Positions 53,951 to 64,000 of a DNA stretch of 64,000 nucleotides are shown here, piece after piece. Position 1 is the first letter of the stretch. Each line of letters opens with the position of its first letter. The position numbers and the translations under genes are program-made. The DNA comes from Cycas panzhihuaensis (taxonomy: Eukaryota > Plantae > Cycadophyta), in the NCBI GenBank assembly GCA_023213395.1, contig CM041465.1, positions 20,894,001 through 20,958,000 on the forward strand. The letters run 5' to 3'. Below the pieces are notes generated by a model. That model was not told the DNA's origin. It made no database searches and saw only the letters and a list, made by a program, of their open reading frames with translations.

Positions 53951-54675
53951 CTAAAATTAAGGATGCCATGATTGTATTGAGCCAAAAATAGATTTGAGAA
54001 GTTAAGTAGTTCAAAGAGATTAGGACTATATAACTATATCAATGTCTGTAAAGATTTTTGTTTGGATACAGAATTGTATAGAATTAATAAAAAAATATCT
54101 TAAAATATAAATCTTTTAAATGGGTATCTAGATCTATGATTCTTTTTGGAATTCTTTTTAGATAGGAAGAAAATGGGACTTGAAGTTTCGATCTACATAC
54201 TTAGGGTTTTTATGAAAAATACTTGAAAAATCCAAAAATAGACACAAAATCTTGTAGGACTAGTATCAAAAGAACCAGATTTTGAAAACAAAGAGAATGA
54301 ATCTAATATTAACTGATTTAATGGATATATTTAATTAGAATGATCAATTTTCTTCTCAAACTTATGTGGACAAAAGAACTTAATTTTCTCCTTGAAAAAC
54401 TCTTCAAATGAAGTTGGCCTAGTTAGAAGAAATGACATCTATATAGAGATGCACTCATTGGTAAAATTTTAGATCAATTTGAGAACTTTAAAAATTTTGA
54501 GTCTGTACTTGTTCGTATAATTCTATACAAATCTATATAGTGAGATATTCTATTATTTAATGACTTTATCTTCTTGTGTGAATGATTTGACACAAACTTA
54601 AGCCCCTTCACATGATCTAATTGAATACATTTCCTCAAAACTATCAAATGAGCAGCACAACCTACTCTAATACCA

Positions 54676-54873
54676 TGTTAAAATCATGCTTCTAAGATTG
54701 ATGAGGAAGAAAACCAATTGATTATTATGCGAGGAAATCCTCCTTTTTATACATTAGACTATGTAACCATTACATGGTTATTACAACTAAACATGTAGAT
54801 TAAGTACAATGAGGGTTTAATTATATTACCCCTCTACTTTAGTAGTCCTAAGATAAAACATTAAACTCTAATA
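54676..54873 (-). repeat. Copia-2 5' LTR
   Basis: Adjacent to PBS TGGTATTAGAGT. Confidence 0.95.
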
Positions 54874-55261
54874 ACCAAGGATTAGTTTTTGTTTTCTAAA
54901 GTTTAAAGAAAATAAAATTGGATTTCATAAATTTTGAGGTTTGGAATAGATCCTTCTACCTACTAACCCTTTTTTAGATCATCTAGAGTAAGTTTTGAGC
55001 ATATAAATATATCACAATATCTATTATTTTGAGATCTCCAATCTAGAAGTTGTTATATATAACATTTATATACAATATTTTGAAGAAAAATCAAATTTAA
55101 GAATTTTTTGGCTTATTCTAGCTGCTTGTGAGTAAACTAAGAAAAATTACATATACCAACTACTTATATATAGATTTAAATATTCTACTACTTTCCTTTT
55201 TTTTTTCTTGTTATTTTAGTTACTTTCTAATTTTTTCTTTTCATTTTTTTTTACTATTTTT

Positions 55262-58200
55262 TTGTTTAAAATGGCTAATGGAGGATGTATAATAGGTTTT
55301 ATTACTAAAAAGTTGGTTGATCCTAAAATCTATTTTGTCCAAGGACATCATATATTTAGTTTCTTTTATTTAAATTATCTTTGGAAGTACGATGATAATT
55401 TTATAATGGGAAAAGATGTAAATGAAATTACTATTTTTAGAGCTAAACTAAAGTTAGATGTTAACTTTAATTCTAAATATGAATAGCATTTAGTTTTCTC
55501 AACATGTTAATCAATGAGAGTATCATATTCAATATTAAGGGTGCTACTACACCAAAGTATATGTAGGATATATTCATCAACCTATATGAGAATAAGAATG
55601 ATATAAGAGCCCTAAACTTGTAGACTTAACTATATAACTTGAAGATAATAGGCACTACGCTAGAACACATATGAAATATGAAATCTATATAGGATCATTT
55701 GATGATAATAGGTGATATCATACCTGATTCATAGATCATAGCCTATATTCTAAGGAGTATAACACTATTATGAGAATTTCTCTATCATATTTATATTATT
55801 TAATAAATTGTTCATTATGACAATGGGTTATTTGGAATCCTTACTTATGGAACATAAGAAAAAATTGAAGCACATGCATGGTGAATGATTTCAAGCACTA
55901 AAATCTAGATCAAAATAGAAAACCCCTTATTCAAAAGAAAAACACACCTTCTGAACCACCTTTTCAAAAGGACAAGCCATAAGGTTTAAAGGGATAATAT
56001 AGGTAAAAATATTATCATTATGGGAAGTTGGGATACATTAAGAAGGATTGTTAGGATCGGTAATGAAATTAGTAGTCTCAATAATATTAAAAATAAAAGT
56101 AACAACAATGATAATAATGACCATCTAGATAATATAGTCACATCACAAATATAACAAATAACACACCTACTGAGATTACAGAGCATCTACTTATTATGGT
56201 ATATAAAATTTAGTCTAATATATAAACTATTAGGTTTATTGATTTGAATATATTGAGACACATGACTAGAAGATTTAATTAGTCTTATCAAATGTGGAAG
56301 ATGGATAAGAAGGTCACCATTAAGGATAACACTAATATGGAGGACACTAGAGTTATAAAGGTACTATTCATTATACTAAATGATGAATGAATGTATTTGG
56401 ATAATATTTTATATGGGCCTAATTTTAAGGTTAATCTTTATTTTGTAGGTAAAATTAAATAACAAGATATGACTACAATGTTTGATTGAGGATAGTACAT
56501 AGTTTAAGACAATTAAAATAAGATTATAACCAAAGGGCTTAGAGATAATAATCTATATAAAGTATAAGGGCACCTTAAAGTATAAATAGCATTCCTTACT
56601 CTATCTCTAAAACATAAATTATGGCATGAATGAATGGGTCATATGAAATAGTCTAGTCTCCAATTGATGCATAAGTTGAAAATGATATATGGTATTCTAT
56701 TAATAAATATTAAAAGTTGTTTATGTGAATATTACATCTTTTCAAAGTAATATAGAGAGCCATTTCTAAAGAGGAAGTGTAGAGAGCTAAATAAAAGTTA
56801 GGATTGGTTCATTTGGATATCTATGGAGTAATTTCTATCATCTTGCTTAGTGAAGCAAAATATTTCATCACTTTCATTGATGAATTTTCATAAAAGGTCT
56901 AGGTTTTTCCATTGAGAAAATAATCTCAATCCTTTATTCACTTCAAACAATTAAGGAAGATAGAAAATAATGGAATTAGAGATAAAATTAAGGTCTTATA
57001 AATTAACAATGCTAGTGAGTACAATTCAAATGAGTTCTCTTAGCTCTACAAGGATCATGAAATTATGAAGGAATTTACCATTAATTATATGCCTTAGTAG
57101 AATGGAGTTATTAAGCACATGAATAAAATTTTAATTAAGAAAGCTAAATATATGATGAGAAGAAAGGATATATCAAATTTTTAATAGGTAGAAGTTATGA
57201 ACATAATTATGTATTTGATGAAGAAAAATACTATAAAGGCTATTAGTAATATAACACTTGAGAAAACTTGGTAACATAAGAATCTAATAGTTTATCATTC
57301 GAGAGATTTTTAGTGTGTAATATACATGATTTCCCCTAAGGAAAAATTATAAAAGTTAGATAATAAAAGCATGAAGTACATCATTGTTGGATACCTTAAT
57401 GAAAGAAAAGCATAATGAGTGTATGAGTTATCAACCCAAAAAGTTTATACACCCTATAATATAATCTTCTATAAATATAAGAGTTTAGATGTTGGATTAA
57501 TTGATTCTAAAGAATCACTTAAGGAGCTACCTAAATGTAGTTCCTTTCATAATCTTATTAAACCTAAATATAAACTATTTGACATTAGTAAAGCAATATA
57601 GTAGAAATCTTTTTAGTTTCTAGAATCTAGATTTAAGCAAAAATTAAATATAGAGTTAAGGTCAAATCTAGGAAAATTATTTGTGCCTTCACCTTTATAT
57701 TCAAAGAAAAGGCTTCTAAAATGGTATTTAAAAACTATGGAAAATTGGAAAAACTTATCATTTAAATATAAGAAAAACAAAAATCATAATTATAACCTTT
57801 TGATTAAGTAAACGTATCTCTTATGACATGTATATTAGAAGTTAATAAATCATCAATTATTAAAGAAGTCATCAAAGAGAAAAATAAAATGATGCTATGG
57901 ACACTAAAATATAAGTTATCAAGAAGAACCACACATGGGATTTAGTTAAATTACCTATTAGTAAGTATGTAATTAGTTGTAAATAGATTTATACAAATAA
58001 ATTTAAATATGATAGATTTATAGAAGTTTGAATGTTGACTTATAGCTAAAGGGTTTAAGTAATAAGAAGGGATTGACTATCAAGAAACATTCACTTCTAT
58101 TACAAAAATATATACTATTTACCTTATTCTGGTGATGGATATATACTTTAATTAGTAATTTTACTATATGGATGTTAATAGAAGACTCTTAAATGGGAAC

Positions 58201-59702
58201 TTAATATAAGAAGTCTACATGGAGTAGCCACTTAGATTTATTGAAAAAGATCAAGAGAAATTATTATGATAATATAATAAGACCTTATATAGCCTAAAAT
58301 AGTCTCCTAGAGATTTTTATAAAAAGATTGATTAATACTTTTTAAAGAATGGGTTTGAGAGATCTTTGATTGACTTAGACCTTTACATCAAAGTCATAAA
58401 TGATAAAGTATTATATGTAGTGTTGTATATTGATGATCTACTAATGATAGGTAATGATATCAATATGATATTAAACTTAAAGGAAGGTCTTAGTCATTTC
58501 TTTAAGATGATATATCTTGGAATTCTACACCACTTCCTTGGAATGGAAGTATAATAAAGGCTTGGATGTGTTTTTATTTTATAGGAAAAATATACTTAGA
58601 AAATTCTAAAAAAATTAAGAATGATTAATAGCAAACCTACACCTACTCCTATAAAGATAGGTTCTAAATTAGAAATAGAATATGATGGAGTAGATGTTGA
58701 TCTAGTAATGTATAATCTATTGGTAAAAAGTTTATTATACTTGATCACTACTAGACTTAATATTTTATTTATAGTTAAAATAGATTTAGGTTTATACTGG
58801 TGTTAAAATAAAGCCATTAGAAAGATGTAAAGAGGGTCCTCAAATACTTACAGTGAACTATTTAATAGGGACTTGATTTTAAGAATAATGATAACTTTAA
58901 GTTAATAAGTTTCATAGATTTTGATTAGGTTGGATGTGTAGAAAATATGTGGTTAACTTCTAGATATTGTTTAAGTTTGGGTTTAACTATTATCTATTAG
59001 AGCAACAAAAATCAATTAAATATTTCTTTATCCTTAATTAGAGTATAAGGCTATAGTTATAATTTTACTAAAGCCATTTGGTTATGGTAGATTATAGACT
59101 ATATAGGACTATAATAATCAGAACTAATCATATTATACTGTGATAACTATAGTACTTTAAAGATTATGAAGAATCTTATGTTCCACATGTATACCATATA
59201 TATTGAGGTGCACTATCACTTTATTCATGTATTAATTTAGAACAAACTGATAAAGATGGTGTATATGCTAATATAAAAATAATTGGCTTATATCTTCACC
59301 AAACCACTAGCATGTGATAGAGTTTAAGCATTTAGAGATTGTTTAGGTAGTAGAGTAAATGAAATAAATATTAAAGAAGAGTATTAAAATTTAGTATTTA
59401 TTATGGCTCATAATTTTGGGTTATCAGCCTCCTCCCTAGTTATTATATTTTAGTTATTATTTAATTATTATCGTGTTAGTTGATGAGTCATTAAGGTTTA
59501 CACTACCCACCTCATATATGTTGATTATTAGAGATCAATATTCCATCTTAAGTTCATATAAATTTACTAATTATATATTATAAAGAGAGAGAAGAATTTA
59601 TACAAATGAGATTTAAATTTTAGTTTATATAAATCAATTTTCATAAAGTAAATAGGTTAATCCATCTTATTTTAGTTTTCTCTATGCTTTTCAATTTCTC
59701 TT
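55262..59702 (+). mobile_element. Heavily decayed Copia 'Copia-3' (gag-pol, PPT, 3' LTR 59382 to about 59702)
   Basis: LWHE*MGH, FITFIDEFS, GIDYQETF, VLYIDDLL, IEVHYHFI; PPT TTAAAGAAGAG; LTR similar to 42739-43029. Confidence 0.88.
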
Positions 59703-59785
59703 AAGGTTCCTTTGGCCTCATTCAAAAAGCATAGTGTAAAGTTAGGTGACTTTAATGATGAGGGTGAATAGCCTCTATTTTATGG

Positions 59786-62700
59786 TGTTAGATTAGCATT
59801 AAGATCTAATATAAATGTGTATTTAATAATAGAACTCAATAAAGTAAATTAAACTACATAAATGAGATCAAAACAAAAATAAATATACTAAGCAAATAGC
59901 TATAGGAAAATTGGTTACATTGTGCATCTTTATTCTAGTAGAGCTTCCACATCAATAAAATTTTAATATATAAATATGAAGTATGGATCTTAATTTATAA
60001 GTATACCATGAGTATTTACATCAATATTATTAGTTGATATATCAATAAAGGTGGAATACTTAACGTAGCTTTACATTATGACTAAATTATAGTAAGGGGT
60101 CTTCTAATATACATATTACACAGGTATGCAAATATTACATTATAATGAAGAGGTCATTACAAGTTTTAACACCCTCCCTTAATGTCAGATTTATTACATT
60201 TGATGCTAAGGTCATGTTAAAACTATTCAAGCTTTGGTTTACTAAGTGCTTTAGTGAAGATATTTGCAACTTGGTATTTAACTAGTTAGTAAATAACATC
60301 TACTTCTTTATTTTGAACATGCTCATGGATGAAGTAATGGTGGAACTCTATGTGCTTAGTTCTAGCATGGAAAACTGGATTCTTTGACATCTTTAAAACA
60401 CTCTAATTGTCATAGTAGAGAATGGTGAGGGTAGTTTATTGAAGTCCAAGCTCTATAAGAATCCTTTTGAGCCAAATTAACTCTATAGTGGTGTGGCAAC
60501 TACTTTATATTTAGCTTCAGTGAAGGAAAGGATAATATTTAGCTTCTTCTTATAGATCTAAGAGATTATAGCTAAATCTAGGTCAAAATAATGTCATGAA
60601 GTGAAGTGGCGTGTATACCCAATCAACATTTGTGTGTCCCTTTAGGGTACAAGATTAAGTTTGGTTATAGTTAAGTCCAAACTAATATGTATCACAAATA
60701 TATTTGAGAATCCTAGTTACAACTTTCTAGTAGGATGCTTTAGGCTTTGACATATACCTAGAATAGATCTTGGCTGCATAAGAAATATCTAAGTAATTAT
60801 GGGTGAGGTAGGTAAGACTCCCAATTAACTGTTAGTACAAGGTGAGATCAAATGGTTTGCCTTACTCATTTAGGTTTACCTTAGTTCTTATTTCCATGGG
60901 AATTGGTGTTAGCTTGTAGTTTGTCATCTTGAACTATTATAATAGTTCATTGGTATAATTTGATTGAGATAGGAAGATATGGCCTAGTTCCTACTAAACT
61001 TTAATTCCAAGAAAATAATGGAGCAACCTAAGATCTATCATCTTAAAGTTACTTTTTAGTTTAGATTGTAGTTAAGATATGACTTCAGTGTCAATGCTTA
61101 TGATTGCTAAATCATCCACATAAAGTATAATGATAGTGATCAAGTTTCTTTTAACCTAAGCATATAAGTCTAAGTCAGAGGGCAAATGATAAAATCCATC
61201 CTAAGTGAAGAAAGCATCAATTTTTACATACTAGATATATCATGCCTTCTTTAGTCCATATAAGTCTTTCTTAAGCTTATAAACTAAGTGTTTTTTATTT
61301 TGAATAATATATCTAGGAGGTTTTTTTAATAAACCTCTTATGTGAGCTCTCCATTAAGGAAAACACTCTTCACATCCATTTGGTAAATTAGCTAGTTGAA
61401 TTAGGCTACTAGTGACATCACCAAACATAATGTGGTCATATTAGGTACCAGTGCAAAGGTTTTATCATAGTCTATTTACTCCTATTTTTTAAAACCTTTT
61501 GCAACAAGATGAGTTTTGTGATGCTTGATGGTGTTGTCTATATGGAACTTAGTTTTATATAGCCATTAACAATTAATTAGCTTTTTTTCAGGTGGTAGTT
61601 TTGTCATTTTCTATGTTTCATTTTTTAGGATGGAGTTAATCTCTTCATCCATGGCTACTTTCCATGTTTGATCTTTGAATACCTCCTTAAATGTGGAAGG
61701 ATCAGGGGTTTCTAAGACATATTCCATTAGGGAAACGTTAGTGGAGTGTTTCATCTTTCATGCCCTTTTAGCAGTTATGGGGGGAGAAGAAGCATCCTTT
61801 TAATAATTATTAAACCCACTTGGGAAGTGGTTGAATATTAATAGCTTCCACTTGAAGGTCATTAATTGAAATATATTACAAGTAGATGCTTAGATCTGAT
61901 ATAGTCATTAAAGTTTGTAAGGTTAAAGATAGACCTAGTGTATAGGAGGATGTAGGTGCTGGTAGCTCTAGAATTAGTGCAATAAGCACATTAGGCATAT
62001 GAACATCATTTTCTATTATATACTAAAGTTTTGAGGGATCTAGGTCCTAAGTATCTTTAGTAAAAATGACATTCTAAGTGGCATATGCTTGGTTTCCAAC
62101 AATGTTAAATACCTTATAGGCTTTATAACTAGGTACATAACTAAGGAATATGTACTTAAGGCTCTTATCATCTAGCTTCTTTCTATTTTCCTTTGGAATA
62201 AATTTGTATACCATGCATCTAAATATTTTTTAAATGTACAACTATTGGTTTAAGTCCAAACCAAACCTCCTCAAGAGCAATGTCCCTAACTACAATAGTG
62301 GGACTCCTATTTGTTAGATAGGTGATAGTCATGATGGCATTAACCCAAAATATTATATCAAGATTAATACTACTTAGCATAGATTTTGCTTTATTCACTA
62401 ATGTTTAATTTATTCTCTTAGCTACATCATTTTGTTGAGGTGTACAAGGTGCTAAGAACCAGCATTTGATACCATACTATTTGTAGAAATTGGTAAATTG
62501 ATTTGATATATACTCCTCTCCATTATCAGATCTAAGGGCCTTGATACTTGTGCCACTTTCATTCTCTACCTTAGCTTTAAATTCCTTGAATTTAATAAGG
62601 GCTTAACACTTATTCCTTAGGAAGTAGACCCACACTTTCCTAAAATAGTCATCTATAAAAGTCATAAAAAATAGGCTATCATTAAGAGATTGAATGAACA

Positions 62701-63850
62701 TAGGCCTGCAAATGTCTAAGTGGACTAGTTCCAATGGTTTAAAGGTTCTCTATGTATTCTTAAATGGGTAACTTTTCTCTTTATTATTTTTCCACTATGT
62801 ATGCCTCACAAATGCATATATTTCTCTCAATCCTAGGAAGTGCATACACTATATGAAGCCTAGACATGAGATTTATACTCTGTATATTTAGATGACCAAG
62901 GTGTTGATGCCATAGTTAGACTCTAGTGCTATTTGAGGTAGATTTTTCATCAGGATGGGAGCATTCTCCTTGTTCTTAAACATGAGGTTGGTCTTCTACC
63001 ATGATATCTTTTCCTTTGTTAAGTTGAGTATTTTGGGCCATTGAATATGATTCTATTGGTGGATTAGTGGCTAGAGGAATGCCATCAAACTTATATAAGT
63101 CACTATCTTTATGTCTTATTGCCATAAGTTGTCTAGTTACATAATTAGTAATAATGTAGATACCTTAACTAAAGAGGACATCTAGATTCTACTTGGTACC
63201 AAGAACATATTATTGATGTGGTGCTTGATTTTGGAGTATTTCAAAGCAATTGGAGCCCTTCCAATTTTGTCATATTGTAGGTAAGATTGTCTCTAAATAT
63301 GATTATTTGAGTGTTAATTAGATAGATTTCCTCCAACATGTCTTATGTACCAATCATATGGCATATCATACCTGAGTCAAGTAACCAAGAGTTATCACCA
63401 TGTTGAGATGACAATGCCAAAAAGACTAGGTTTTAAGAGGCGATAACTTGAGTATTTACCACATTGCCACCTTATTGAGTGTTGGGTTGTTCCTTGGACT
63501 TTTAGGTAGGAATCGCTACCTATTTTACTGATGTTGACTATGATTTAGTCTTTGATTCCAATTCTATTGATAAAATTAACTTAGTTGCTAGTATGATGGC
63601 CCTCCTTATCAATACATAGGGCCTTCTTATTAAGGAATATGGCCTCCTTATTGTAAGTAAGGGGCTCCTTATTGAAGAATAGGACCTCCTTATTATCGAT
63701 AAGGGGCTCCTTATTGAGGGTATGGTCCTCCTTATTAATAGCTACTTCTTCCTTATTGATAGTTGGGTGCTCCTTATTAATAGTATGGGGCTCCTTGTTA
63801 GAAGGTAGGTCCATATGGTTATCCCCTTTGATGTTGTAGAAATTGAATAC
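59786..63850 (-). mobile_element. Decayed Copia 'Copia-5' (3' LTR 59786-60171, RH, RT, INT, PR, gag C-terminus); 5' end not in window
   Basis: TGTTA/TAACA LTR ends, PPT 60172-60182, [29 protein letters not shown]-like, LWHQHLGH, WLLDSG. Confidence 0.9.
63590..63812 (-). repeat. 21-bp tandem repeat (about 10 units) in Copia-5 gag
   Basis: Unit about YAATAAGGAGSCCCTTAYYMT; inferred ancestral peptide QQG(A/G)P(Y)x. Confidence 0.85.
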
Positions 63851-63883
63851 CAGCTTGTCTTCTCCTACAGTTAATAAATAGTG

Positions 63884-64000
63884 AAAAGAGTGGATCTATC
63901 CTTCATCTCCATGGACTAAACACAAAGGCAAACATGGGAGCAAGAGAGACTTGAGAGAAAGAAAGTAGCTCTCACAAAATGGGGAGGTAAGGATGAATCT
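63884..64000 (-). repeat. Fragment similar to the Copia-4 LTR region, apparently inserted in Copia-5 gag
   Basis: Roughly 85% similar to 46613-46729. Confidence 0.75.

Larger units (their letters stand above)
49688..54873 (-). mobile_element. Complete degenerate Ty1/Copia 'Copia-2', related to Copia-1
   Basis: 198-bp LTR pair (about 19 mismatches), TSD ACCAA (49683-49687 and 54874-54878), iMet PBS 54664-54675, PPT after 49885, same double-knuckle gag as Copia-1. Confidence 0.96.

Noticed and set aside
63581-63814. 77-aa NKE-repeat ORF as a real protein
   Set aside because: It lies within Copia gag and is better explained as the stop-free shadow frame of a deaminated QQG repeat.

Overview
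Gene-free, AT-rich land-plant heterochromatin made almost entirely of nested LTR retrotransposons; a gymnosperm-like host is inferred. No host genes, RNA genes or CRISPR arrays were found. Left to right: (1) a young, CpG-rich Ty3/Gypsy element on the minus strand (1-7416, 840-bp 5' LTR, tRNA-Glu-like PBS) with two extra capsid-like domains between protease and RT; (2) an old Tat-type Gypsy (+, 7417-34201) interrupted by an LTR-like insert and by a complete Copia (14413-26061, TSD AACTT), which itself holds a complete chromovirus (18341-24836, TSD GGATT/GGCTT). The 3' region of this Tat element carries an antisense, intron-containing plant mobile domain (PMD) gene and a free-standing archaeal-type RNase H ORF; (3) two more LTRs related to the Tat LTR on the minus strand; (4) a second Tat-type element with gag plus antisense PMD but no pol; (5) four more Copia elements or fragments. 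Most interesting pattern: in both PMD-carrying families a family-specific, deaminated CG-rich motif array (20-bp period upstream of PMD) occurs both upstream of the PMD gene and in the LTR. This suggests, as inference only, a retrotransposon-encoded, sequence-specific PMD/motif regulatory (possibly anti-silencing) module. All alignments, translations and divergence values are manual.
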